46,817 nucleotides of DNA from Candidatus Eiseniibacteriota bacterium (lineage in GTDB: Bacteria; Eisenbacteria; RBG-16-71-46): NCBI GenBank assembly GCA_031364845.1, contig JANLWX010000176.1:1-46817 (forward strand), in the 5' to 3' direction. A model generated the notes under the pieces. The model made no database searches and had not been told where the DNA came from. It was given only the letters and a program-made list of their open reading frames with translations. The translations under genes and the position numbers were made by a program. Shown in pieces: positions 1 to 11,228 of this stretch; positions within the stretch are counted from its first letter, which is position 1, and each line of letters opens with the position of its first letter.

Positions 1-20
1 TCCCTGGAGGTCGTTTCCAC

Positions 21-82
21 GAACTGACTCCGCGAAAGCTGCCGGGGGGCCGAAACGACCCCGGCAGCACAGCGGTCAGTTC
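21..82. other. Extended stem-loop in the region upstream of glnS
   Basis: GAACTGAC(21-28)/GTCAGTTC(75-82) enclosing GCTGCCGGGG(38-47)/CCCCGGCAGC(59-68). Confidence 0.55.
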
Positions 83-252
83 ACTTGCTAAACGCGGTCA
101 CTTCATTTGCGTTTAACACCGTAAGGTGGTGAACGCGGCGCCGGCGCGGTATGGTAGTCCGCATCGACCGGCTGCCGCGGATCCTGCGGCGCCGCCCATT
201 CCGTCCGGCCCGAAGGGCCCGCCCGAATCCCTCCCATCGACTTCAAGGTCCC

Positions 253-2114
253 ATGTCCGAATCCGACTCGACTCCTGTTGCCGTCGATTCCGAGCGCGAG
301 GATTTCATTCGCGAGATCGTCAAGGCCGACCTCGCGCGCGGCTCGATCGTCTCGATCGTCACGCGTTTCCCGCCCGAGCCGAACGGCTACCTCCACATCG
401 GTCACGCTAAGGCGATCTGTCTGAACTTCGGAATCGCGCGGCAGTTCGACGGCGTGTGCCATCTGCGCATGGACGACACCAATCCGACCAAGGAAGACAC
501 GGAATACGTCGATGCGATCCTCGCCGACGTCCGCTGGCTGATTGCCGGCTGGGCCGAGGACCGGTTGGGTCTCAAGCCCGCGGGGCGTACACCGGAGGCC
601 CGGACTCTCGATGGGCGCGAGGACTTCCACATCTCTGCGGCGCGCATCGCGGCGAGTGCCGGAGCGGCCGAGCCGTTCTATGCGTCCGACTACTTCGAGC
701 CGCTCTATCGATTCGCGGAGCGGCTGGTCGAGATGGGCAAGGCGTACGTGTGCGATCACTCGGCCGAGGAGATCGATCGCATGCGCGGCGCGCCGGGCGA
801 GCCCGGCGAGGAGAGCCACTACCGGGGACGGGCCATCTCCGAGAGTCTCGATCTGCTGAGGCGCATGCGGGCCGGCGAGTTTCCCGATGGAACGCGAACG
901 CTGCGCGCGAAGATCGACATGGCGTCTCCCAACGTGTGGCTGCGCGATCCGGTGTTGTACCGGATCCGGCACGCGTCTCATCATCACACCGGCGACCGCT
1001 GGTGCATCTATCCGATGTACGACTACGCGCACGGGCTGTCCGATTACATCGAAGGCGTGACGCACAGCATCTGCACGCTCGAATTCGAAGTGCACCGTCC
1101 GCTCTACGACTGGTTGCTGTTGGCACTCGATCTGCCGCGGCCGCTTCCCCATCAGCACGAGTTCGCGCGGCTCAACGTCACGCACACGCTGATGAGCAAG
1201 CGCAAACTTCTTCGCCTGGTTCAGGAGCGGCACGTGCGTGGATGGGACGACCCGCGCATGCCGACCATCACCGGAATGCGCCGGCGCGGATATCCCGCCG
1301 AAGCGCTGCGCGACTTCGCCGAGCGGATCGGCGTGGCCAAGCGCGAGAACCGCGTCGAGCTCGCGCTGCTCGAGCATTGCGTGCGCGAGAACCTCAATCG
1401 CCGCGCGCTGCGCCGCACGGCGGTGCTCAAGCCCGTCAAGGTCGTGATCGAGAACTGGCCCGCGGGGCGCGTCGATCAATTGACCGCGACCAACAATCCC
1501 GAAGATCCCGCCGCCGGCACGCGCACCGTTCCGTTCTCGGGTGAGCTGTGGATCGAGGCCGAGGATTTCCGCGAAGTTCCGCCGCCCAAGTATCACCGTC
1601 TGAGCCCCGGAACCGAGGTGCGTCTGCGCTCCGGCTATCTCATCCGCTGCACCTCGGTCGTGACCGATCCCGAAAGCGGCGCGGTGCGCGAAGTGCGGGC
1701 GACCTACGATGCGGAATCGGGATGCGGTAATCCCAGCGACGGGCGCAAGGTGAAGGCGACGATCCACTGGGTCTCGGCCGCGCACGCGATCGATGCCGAA
1801 GTGCGGCTCTACGACACGCTGTTCACGAACGAAGACGCCGAAGATGTTCCCGAGGGCGAAGACTTCACGGCCGGGCTCAATCCGAATTCGCTCGAGGTGC
1901 TGACCGGCTGCAAGCTCGAGCCCGCGCTTGCGAGCGCCGCACCCGGTGAACCGATCCAGTTCGAGCGGCTGGGTTACTTCGTCAACGATCCGGACTCGAA
2001 ACCGGACCTGCTGGTGTTCAATCGTACGGTGACGTTGAAGGACGCCTGGGCTCGAATCGAGAAACATCAGGCGCAGCAGAAGCCTGCGCTCCCACGGCCG
2101 GGCACCGCAGCTTC

Positions 2115-2118
<4 letters not shown>
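253..2118 (+). CDS. glnS: Glutamine--tRNA ligase
   Basis: [17 protein letters not shown] (HIGH), [24 protein letters not shown] (KMSKS equivalent), [17 protein letters not shown]. Start placed at ATG 253 (MSESD..., then DFIREIV); the ORF track extends to 151. Confidence 0.97.
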
Positions 2119-3758
<1,640 letters not shown>

Positions 3759-3781
3759 CGCAGCCCGCCGCTTGGTCGAGA

Positions 3782-6700
3782 CTATTTCCGGACGAGTGTC
3801 TCGGAGTCGTAGATCTCGCCGTTCTTGACCGTCCAGCGCAGCGTGTTCGAGTTGTGAATGTCGGCGATCGGATCGCGTTCCAGCACCAGGAAGTCCGCGA
3901 GCTTGCCGTACTCGACCGAACCGAGATCGCGATCGAGCCCGAGATACCACGCTCCGTTCCAGGTCGCGCATTTGAGCGCGTCGGCCGCCCGCATGCCGCC
4001 CTGAGTGAGCGCCCACAACTCCCAGTGGGCACCGAGACCCTGACGCTGGCCGTGAGCGCCGAGCTGCACGTGACCGCCGGCCTCGAGGATCCGCTTCGCT
4101 CCCGCGGCGACGTTGATGTGGTGCCAGTCCCAGTCGGGCGCGGTCACCGGCCGGCGGATCGCGCGCGCATCGAGATACGGACGCGGCGTGAAGCGGCGCA
4201 GCTTGGCATCGTCGAACACATCGGCGTGCTGGTAGAACCAGTGCTCACCCGACAGGCCTCCGTAGGCAACCAGCAGCGTCGGTGTGTACCCGGAGCGGCT
4301 CTTCGAGAACAGCTCGACGACATCCTGATAGATCGGCGCGATCGGAAGTGCGTGCTCGATCCCGGTGTGACCGTCCATCACCATGCCGAGATTTTCCTCG
4401 AACTTGCCGCCGCCCTCCGGGACCACGAGCATGCTCTCCTCGCGTGCCGCCTCGAGAATCCACTGGCGCTGCTCGCGCCGCGGCTGCATGTAGCTCTTCA
4501 CGCTGATCGCGCCGAGACGCTTCATGCGGCGCAGGTGATGGCGCGCATCATCGAGCGACTTCATCGGGATGGCGTCGCGGCCGCCCGCGCCATACAAGAT
4601 GTTGCCGGTCGAGAACACGCGCGGACCCGCCATCTCGCCGGCTTCGATCATCTCGCTCTGCGTAAAGACTTCCCACGAAGTCGCCGACGGATCGTGCATG
4701 GTCGTGACGCCGTACGCGAGGTTCGCGCGATACGCCCAGAACTGATCGGGCAGGACACCCTGATTCGAATAATGCGCGTGCGCGTGCGCGTCGATCAGGC
4801 CCGGGATGATGGTCGTGCCCTGCGCGTCGAGGACCCTGGCCCCGGCGGGCACGGGTGTGGTCGCGCGCGGACCGACGGCGGTGATGCGATTGCCGGTGAC
4901 GATCAACGTCGCGTCGTCGATCACCGCATCCGCGTTGCCGCCGGCCATGGTGAGGATGCGGGCTCCGGTGAACGCCGTCACGCCCTGCGGCCGCGAACGG
5001 GGAACGCTGAGCGCGATGTAAATCGAGTCGGGCTTCACGGTCGACGCCGAGGCCTCGTCCTCTTTTTCGGTTTCAGCTTTCTTCGTGCTGTCCGCGGACG
5101 CTGAATCCGCCTTGGCCTCGGATGCCCCGGATTTCTTCGCGGACTTACTCTTGGGCTTCGCGGCTTCGATCTGGTCGCGTTCCCACGCCACCATGAGCGA
5201 GTCGAGCGAGAGCGTCCGATACACCGGGCCCTGGCTCCACGTGAGCGCGCGCGAGTCCTTGGTCCATCCCAGCCAGTCCCCGCCCTCCTCGCTCAACTTG
5301 CGACCCGGCGTGGCACCTCCGTCGGCGTCCAGATCGACGGCCGACCTTCCAAATTGTGGCAGGGCCGTGATATAGACGTTGTATTTCATGCGATACGCCA
5401 ACCAGCGCTCGTCGGGCGACGGAATGATTTCCTCGGCGTTCGTGATGTTGGCGTGCTCGATCCGGTCGGTGCCGTCGAGCCGAACGCTCACCAACGTGTT
5501 CTTCTCCGAGAACCCGCTCGGGTCTTCGCCGTACTCGTGATACCAGATGCGATCGCCGGCGGCGTTGAACGACGGCCGCGGCACCGCGGGTGCGGCGCCC
5601 GGGGCATCGAACGACAGCACGTCGTGCGCCCCACCGCTGCCGGCGCGCGACGAGATCCACTGCAGTTCAAGCCACAGCTCGTCGTTGAGGTCACGGCCTT
5701 CACGCAGCGGACCGCCGCTGCCGCGCAGGAAGCACAGTTTGGATCCGTCGCGGCTCCACGCCGGATTCAGATACTGCGATGCGACGGTGGTGAGTCGGAT
5801 CGGGCTCCCCCCGCCCGACGGCATCTTCCACAGATGTCCGCCCACGCTGTCGCGCCACGAGGTGTAGGCGATCCACGCCCCATCCGGGGACCAGGCGGGT
5901 GCCGCGGCACGCTGTCCAGGTGGGGTGAGCGCGCGCGCGGTACGGCTCGAGAGATCGTAACGCCACACACGGCCGAGTGCGGCGAACGCGATCGCCTTTC
6001 CGTTGGGCGAGGTCGAGGGCCATGCGATCTGTCGCACGGCGACGCGGTCCTGATCGAGTGTTGCCGGAAAGCGTACGGCATGGGTCACGATCTGTTCGAC
6101 CTGCGCCGTGAACGGAATGCGCGCGGCCTTTCCGCTCGCGACATCCACACGATGGAATCCGCCCGCGGCATAGATCACGATCGCGCGGCCATCCGGCGTC
6201 CATGCGCAGCCGGGATAGACGCCGGTCCACGCGAAGCTCTCCTGATTGTCGTGCGAGAGTCCGTCCCACACGGCGCGCTCGCGGCCCGAGTCGAGGTCAT
6301 ACGTGTGCAGCACCGTCTTCTCGCGGATGCGCCGGATGAACGACAGCGACTTCCCGTCGGGCGAGAACGCGGGGCGCCCGCTGCCGCCCGCGCCGTCGGT
6401 GAGCGTCGTGATGCGCCCCGTGTTGCGGTCGTAACGGCGGATCTGCCAGATCCCGGCGTGCACGTTACGGTCGTACGCAAAGCGCTGCGGACGGCCGGTG
6501 AAGTACACATAGCGTCCGTCGCGAGAGAACACCGGTTCGTTCGAGTCGCCCCACTCGGCTTTCTTCGTGATCTGAAGACCCTTGCCCCCGAGCACGCTGT
6601 ACATCCACAACTCGACGGTGCCGAGCGAGCTGCGGTCGGTGAGCCGGCGGCGCACGACGATCCATTCCCCGTCCGGCGACCATGCGCCCGAGTTCGTGAC

Positions 6701-7165
6701 CTTGTCCGCCTCGCGCGTGACCGGACGGGCTCGCGAGCCGTCGGCTTCCATGATCCACACGTTCTCGGTGCCGCCGCGATCGGTGGTGAAAGCAATCCGC
6801 TTTCCATCCGGCGACCAGCGGGCTTGCATGTCGTACGCCATTCCGCGCGTGAGGCGCGAGGCGGTCCCACCGGTCACCGGCATCGTGTAGAGATCACCGA
6901 GCAGGTCGAACAGCAGCGTCTTTCCGTCCGGTGAGACGTCGACCGACATCCACGTTCCCTCGCGCGTCTCGAAGCGCAGCGTGTCGTGCGGTGCGTGCGG
7001 GATGTTCACGTCCCACGGATCGCTCGAGAGCGGTCGTGCCTCGGGCGCGTCCACGGAAGGCGTGGCGTCGGTGGCGGCGTGATCGCCGGGATGGGTCGCG
7101 CCCACGAGGGACACCCACAGTGAAAGCATCAGGCCGGATGCGGCGGCGCGGCGAAGGAGCGACAT
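3782..7165 (-). CDS. Secreted TolB/PD40 beta-propeller + amidohydrolase fusion protein
   Basis: N-terminal signal peptide; many 'P.WSPDG..I.F' PD40 repeats; C-terminal amidohydrolase with PGLIDAHAH (HxH), GVTT, GKLADFLVL..DP. Confidence 0.92.
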   Translation of the reverse strand: MSLLRRAAASGLMLSLWVSLVGATHPGDHAATDATPSVDAPEARPLSSDPWDVNIPHAPHDTLRFETREGTWMSVDVSPDGKTLLFDLLGDLYTMPVTGGTASRLTRGMAYDMQARWSPDGKRIAFTTDRGGTENVWIMEADGSRARPVTREADKVTNSGAWSPDGEWIVVRRRLTDRSSLGTVELWMYSVLGGKGLQITKKAEWGDSNEPVFSRDGRYVYFTGRPQRFAYDRNVHAGIWQIRRYDRNTGRITTLTDGAGGSGRPAFSPDGKSLSFIRRIREKTVLHTYDLDSGRERAVWDGLSHDNQESFAWTGVYPGCAWTPDGRAIVIYAAGGFHRVDVASGKAARIPFTAQVEQIVTHAVRFPATLDQDRVAVRQIAWPSTSPNGKAIAFAALGRVWRYDLSSRTARALTPPGQRAAAPAWSPDGAWIAYTSWRDSVGGHLWKMPSGGGSPIRLTTVASQYLNPAWSRDGSKLCFLRGSGGPLREGRDLNDELWLELQWISSRAGSGGAHDVLSFDAPGAAPAVPRPSFNAAGDRIWYHEYGEDPSGFSEKNTLVSVRLDGTDRIEHANITNAEEIIPSPDERWLAYRMKYNVYITALPQFGRSAVDLDADGGATPGRKLSEEGGDWLGWTKDSRALTWSQGPVYRTLSLDSLMVAWERDQIEAAKPKSKSAKKSGASEAKADSASADSTKKAETEKEDEASASTVKPDSIYIALSVPRSRPQGVTAFTGARILTMAGGNADAVIDDATLIVTGNRITAVGPRATTPVPAGARVLDAQGTTIIPGLIDAHAHAHYSNQGVLPDQFWAYRANLAYGVTTMHDPSATSWEVFTQSEMIEAGEMAGPRVFSTGNILYGAGGRDAIPMKSLDDARHHLRRMKRLGAISVKSYMQPRREQRQWILEAAREESMLVVPEGGGKFEENLGMVMDGHTGIEHALPIAPIYQDVVELFSKSRSGYTPTLLVAYGGLSGEHWFYQHADVFDDAKLRRFTPRPYLDARAIRRPVTAPDWDWHHINVAAGAKRILEAGGHVQLGAHGQRQGLGAHWELWALTQGGMRAADALKCATWNGAWYLGLDRDLGSVEYGKLADFLVLERDPIADIHNSNTLRWTVKNGEIYDSETLVRK

Positions 7166-7405
7166 CGGGGAGCCTCCAAGATCACAACGGAGAACGGACG
7201 ATCACACACTCGGCGAACGCTAGCGCGTCGTTCGACATGCGAGCAAACGCGAGACCGCCCGATGCATGCCCTGCTCGACCCTGGGCGACGGACGGCCGCG
7301 ACGGAGTATGCTGCACTTTCGGAGATGATCCCGGGAGCCAGGAGCGGACGCGGTGAACACGATGACGAGCGCATGTCCCGCGCCGTGGAGCGCGGAATCG
7401 AATCG

Positions 7406-8275
7406 ATGAGGCCGATCCCGGTGGGGCTCGTCGGCGCCGGACCGTGGGCGGAGATGGTGCATGCACCGATGCTCGCTGCGGGGTCCGAGACGCGGTTGGC
7501 CGCTGTGTGGGCGCGGCGTCCGGAGGCCGCGAAGTCACTCGCGGCGCATCATGGCGCCGAAGCGGTCGGGACGTGGGAAGCGCTGCTCGACCGCTGCGAT
7601 GCGGTGGCGTTCGCGGTGCCCCCCGATGTTCAGGCGCAGCTCGCGGTGAAGGCGGCGCGCGCGGGAAAGCATCTGCTTCTGGAGAAGCCGCTCGCGCTGA
7701 CGCTCGCCGATGCGCGCGCGGTCGCGAAGGCGGTCGCGGACGCAGGCGTGATGACACAGCTCGTGTTGAGCTATCGGTTTCGCGCGCACACGCTGGATTT
7801 CCTGGCGGCCGTGCGCGAACTCGAACCGGTCGGTGCGCATGCCGAGTTCCTGACCGGGGGCTATCTCGATGGGCCGTTCGCCACGCCGTGGCGCCGCGAG
7901 CACGGGGCGCTGCTCGATCTGGGACCTCATGTGCTCGACCTGCTCGACGCAGCCCTGGGCCCGATCGAACGCGTTACCGCGCTCGGCGACCCGCGCCGGT
8001 GGATTGCACTCACATGCCGGCATGCCGGCGGTCCGATCAGCCAGGCATCATTGTCGGGCACGCTCGTGGTGCCCGAGACGATCTGGCGCTGCGTGGTCCA
8101 CGGGCGGCAGGGCACACGGATCTTCGATCCGAACCATGACGATCGTGCTCCCGACTGGGGTGCCGTGCGGCGCGCGTTCGCCGACGGCATTCGTACGGGC
8201 CGCGCGCCGGAGTTCGGTGTCGAACGAGGTCTCAGGCTCCAGGAATGGATCGACGAGGCCTCACGTTCGCTGTGA
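7406..8275 (+). CDS. Gfo/Idh/MocA family oxidoreductase
   Basis: VGLVGAGPW Rossmann motif, AGKHLLLEKP, GALLDLGPH. Start uncertain (7325, 7373 or 7406). Confidence 0.9.
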   Translation: MRPIPVGLVGAGPWAEMVHAPMLAAGSETRLAAVWARRPEAAKSLAAHHGAEAVGTWEALLDRCDAVAFAVPPDVQAQLAVKAARAGKHLLLEKPLALTLADARAVAKAVADAGVMTQLVLSYRFRAHTLDFLAAVRELEPVGAHAEFLTGGYLDGPFATPWRREHGALLDLGPHVLDLLDAALGPIERVTALGDPRRWIALTCRHAGGPISQASLSGTLVVPETIWRCVVHGRQGTRIFDPNHDDRAPDWGAVRRAFADGIRTGRAPEFGVERGLRLQEWIDEASRSL

Positions 8276-8329
8276 AGCGATGACGACTCCCGTCACTGCC
8301 TGTAAGCGCCCGCTCCCGGCGAAGAAGAT

Positions 8330-9373
8330 TCAGCGCGCCCGTGGCCGCCGGCGCCGCGGAGCGGGTGTCGCCACCGCGTTCGACGCACGGCCTTCGGGCC
8401 CTCGGCCCTCGGAATCGTCTCGCGACGACAAGGGACGCGCATCGCGTGTCTGAGCAGCGGCGGCAACACTCTCGCGCGCGGCGACCGGAACGCGGCCACG
8501 CGGAGAGCGCCGCCCGCCCGAGCGTGGTGGCGCCGTGGTGATGGCTTCGCTCCCGGTCTGCAGTTCCGCGGCGCGCCCCGTGCCGGATCCACCGGAACGC
8601 CCGCGGCCGCCGGTCCCGGACACATCGGTCACCATGTACGTGCCGCTGCGCTCGTCCTTGCGCAGTGTGATCACGCCGGCTTCCTGGGCCGCCTCCAGGA
8701 GATCGCTGAAATTGCGGTAGCCGAGTGCCGCTTCGCTGAACGCCGGCCGCTTGCGCTTCATCGTGTCCTTCACCAGCGACGCCTGGATCACGTCGAAGTT
8801 CTCGCGTTGCAGCGCGCGCACCGTTTCGGCGAGCAGCGCAAAGGCGCCATCCAGATCACCTGCGGGACGGGTGCCGGCTCGCGGCGTCGCCGGCGCGGGC
8901 TCGAGATCTTCGTAGTAGATGAACTCGTCACATCCATTCGCGAGCAGCGGCGAGGTCGACGCCTTCATGCCAAGGCCGATCACGTGACGCCCGTTCTCCT
9001 TCAGCTTGGAGACCAGCGGCGAGAAGTCGCTGTCGCCGGAGACGATCACGAACGTGTCGATGTGTTCCTTGCTCCAGCTCAGATCCATCGCGTCGACCAC
9101 CAGGCGGATGTCCGCGGAATTCTTGCCTGTGATCGCGCGGCGGGGAATCTCGATCAGCTGGATGCCGTTCTCGTGCAGGTCGGTGGTGTACGTGCGAAAG
9201 CGGTTCCAGTCGGCGTAGGCGACTTTGACGATAACCTTGCCCTTTTCGAGCAGCCGGTCGAGCAGCGGGCGGACACGAAATGGAGGACTGCCTTCGCGGA
9301 GTCCGAGCGCGATGTTCTCGAAATCGATGAACACCGCGAGCTGGTGCTGGGGGCCGTTCGGAACCGTGGGCAT
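8330..9373 (-). CDS. NYN (LabA/DUF88, PIN-like) domain protein with OST-HTH/LOTUS domain and basic low-complexity tail
   Basis: VFIDFEN, GKNSADIRLVVDA, VSGDSDFSPL, CDEFIYYEDL; 'KRKRPAFSE..LGYRNFSDLLE' OST-HTH; G/R-rich C-terminus. Confidence 0.9.
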   Translation of the reverse strand: MPTVPNGPQHQLAVFIDFENIALGLREGSPPFRVRPLLDRLLEKGKVIVKVAYADWNRFRTYTTDLHENGIQLIEIPRRAITGKNSADIRLVVDAMDLSWSKEHIDTFVIVSGDSDFSPLVSKLKENGRHVIGLGMKASTSPLLANGCDEFIYYEDLEPAPATPRAGTRPAGDLDGAFALLAETVRALQRENFDVIQASLVKDTMKRKRPAFSEAALGYRNFSDLLEAAQEAGVITLRKDERSGTYMVTDVSGTGGRGRSGGSGTGRAAELQTGSEAITTAPPRSGGRRSPRGRVPVAARESVAAAAQTRDARPLSSRDDSEGRGPEGRASNAVATPAPRRRRPRAR

Positions 9374-9558
9374 GGTCGTCTCCAGTGATCGGGTGGATGT
9401 TTCCTTTGCGCAGCATAGAAGGCGCGCCGCACACGAGCAATATCCGGGTCGTGAAACGGCGTTTCCGCCGGATAGCAGAGAGCCCCACTTGGCCGCCGCC
9501 GCGTGAGGCTCGATCTGCTAGGGCGTCCCGGGACGGGACACCGCATGTGAAATTCCGT

Positions 9559-10239
9559 CTAGCGTCCTGCGGCTTCGCGCCGCGCCTTCTCCTGCTGTGA
9601 CTCACTTGCATAGATCGCGACTTCGACGCGGCGGTTCTGCCCGCGACCGGCATCGTCCGTGTTGGCTGCGATCGGCTCGCGTTCACCGACACCGTGCGTC
9701 GCGATCGAGCGGTTCACACCCTGGCTCGCGAGGTACTGGGCCGCTGCCCGCGCGCGGCGTTCCGAAAGATCCTGGTTGTAGTTGGCGTCACCGACATTGT
9801 CCGTGTGCCCGACGATCATGAGATTGGATTCGTCGTACTTCTTCATGCTGTTCGCGAGTTCACTCAGATTCGCGCGCGCGGCGCTCTGCACCACATCCGA
9901 GTCGAACGCGAACAGAAGGCCCGAGTCGAAGGTCACGGCGATGCCCTCTCCCACGCGTCGAACCGTGGCGCCCGGAATATTCTGTTCGAGTTCCTTGGCT
10001 TGCTGATCCATCTGATGGCCGATGATCGCACCTGCCGCACCGCCGACCACGGCACCGATGATCGCGCCACGTACGGTGGAACCCGTCTGGTTTCCGATGA
10101 CACCGCCGACGACTCCGCCGGCACCCGCACCGATGATCGCACCCTTGCTCTTGGCATTCATGGCGCACCCGGCGCCGCCCAGCACGATCAACGCGGCCAG
10201 CGTCAGGTGCAGCATCCTCAATCGTCCTTGCGTCCTCAT
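9559..10239 (-). CDS. OmpA family lipoprotein with glycine zipper
   Basis: Lipobox-like GGAGC, glycine-zipper segment, GHTD, N..LSERRA, NRRVEVAI; SD GGAGG upstream. Confidence 0.93.
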   Translation of the reverse strand: MRTQGRLRMLHLTLAALIVLGGAGCAMNAKSKGAIIGAGAGGVVGGVIGNQTGSTVRGAIIGAVVGGAAGAIIGHQMDQQAKELEQNIPGATVRRVGEGIAVTFDSGLLFAFDSDVVQSAARANLSELANSMKKYDESNLMIVGHTDNVGDANYNQDLSERRARAAAQYLASQGVNRSIATHGVGEREPIAANTDDAGRGQNRRVEVAIYASESQQEKARREAAGR

Positions 10240-10272
10240 CGAACCTCCGGTGGTCTCAGATGGTCAAAGGAA

Positions 10273-10297
10273 GGGCGCCTCGAAGAATGAGGCGCCC
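10273..10297 (-). terminator. Stem-loop (possible terminator or mRNA stabiliser) between the stress-protein gene and ompA
   Basis: GGGCGCCTC/GAGGCGCCC 9-bp stem, followed on the minus strand by TTCCTTT. Confidence 0.55.
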
Positions 10298-10307
10298 GCC
10301 TTTGTCA

Positions 10308-10841
10308 CTAACGTCGAACGTTCACGCCTTCGGACGACCACTCGTTCTCGAAGTAACGAGCATCCTCGTCGTGACGGGGCTTGACGCCCAGCACGATGGA
10401 ACCGTCCTTGAGATCCTTCTCATAGATCTTGGCCCGGTCCTCAGGAATACCCGCGCCGACCAGAAGGCCGACGAGTCCGCCCGCCGTGGCACCCGCCGCA
10501 CCACCCGCGAGCGCTCCCGCGATCGGACCCGCGATGACCAGGCCGAGGCCCGGAATCGTGAGCGCCGCAGCCGCCGCAGCGATACCGGCCAGCGTCGCGC
10601 CGACGGCACCACCCACAGCACCACCGACCGCTCCGCCTTCAAGCGCCTTGTTGCCCATGTCGGTCTTCACGGAATCCTTCGAGAAGTGCGTCTTGCGTGT
10701 CTCATCCGACATCAGGACGTGGATCTCGTCGTCCGTATAGCCGCGCGCCCTGAGCGAATCGTAGGCACGTTCCGCGGTCTCACGGTTGCGAAACGAGCTC
10801 GTCATGATCGGGCGCTGCAGATCCGTATGCTTGTCCGCCAT
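10308..10841 (-). CDS. General stress protein-like membrane protein (glycine-zipper, YflT-like)
   Basis: AERAYDSL..RGY...EIHVLMSD, long G/A hydrophobic segment, L.GAGIPEDRAK.YE...KDG.IVLGV; SD GGAGGT upstream. Confidence 0.75.
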   Translation of the reverse strand: MADKHTDLQRPIMTSSFRNRETAERAYDSLRARGYTDDEIHVLMSDETRKTHFSKDSVKTDMGNKALEGGAVGGAVGGAVGATLAGIAAAAAALTIPGLGLVIAGPIAGALAGGAAGATAGGLVGLLVGAGIPEDRAKIYEKDLKDGSIVLGVKPRHDEDARYFENEWSSEGVNVRR

Positions 10842-10948
10842 TGGACACCTCCAACGTGGTGAGAATTTCGCCCGGCTCGAAAGTGCCGGCAGTTCGGTGC
10901 TGGACCATGCCGTCGCGTAGGAGCGCGGTCACGGGCACCGAAACGCTT

Positions 10949-10965
10949 CGCAAGCACGGGGCCAA
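10949..10965 (-). promoter_or_regulatory. Putative sigma54 (-24/-12) promoter
   Basis: Minus strand TTGGCCCCGTGCTTGCG: GG-N10-GC resembling TGGCACG-N4-TTGC, about 108 nt upstream of the start at 10841. Confidence 0.55.
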
Positions 10966-11103
10966 CAGGTGGACGGCGGCAAAATTCATGGGAAGTGAGC
11001 CAAACACGCGTGATCGCTCAGGGTCAGGGGCGGATCTGGAGCAGAAACTGCCCGCGGCGCGTACCGATGTTTTCAACCGCGGTGGTAATTCCTTCCAAAC
11101 AAC

Positions 11104-11142
11104 GATGACGCCCGCGCTCCTTGAGGGAACGCGGGCGTCATC
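11104..11142 (-). terminator. Strong hairpin, probable terminator of the LTD-PHP gene
   Basis: Perfect 13-bp stem GATGACGCCCGCG/CGCGGGCGTCATC, then GTTGTTT on the minus strand. Confidence 0.65.
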
Positions 11143-11228
11143 ACCTCGTGTCTTGTCGAACGGTCTTCGTTTTCGGAATCAGAACACGTTTCGAATTCCG
11201 GACACGTCATCCGGAGGTGTGCGAGCGA

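Noticed and set aside
103..2067. 654-aa minus-strand ORF and other long shadow ORFs (17748..21647, 11121..13046, 39019..40923, 5354..6934, 36225..37709, 33102..34475)
   Set aside because: They lie antisense to well-supported genes, are R/A/G-rich and have no motifs; expected in high-GC DNA.
8330..9373. NYN protein as a defence or toxin system
   Set aside because: This is the common stand-alone NYN + OST-HTH architecture, with no antitoxin or defence neighbours.
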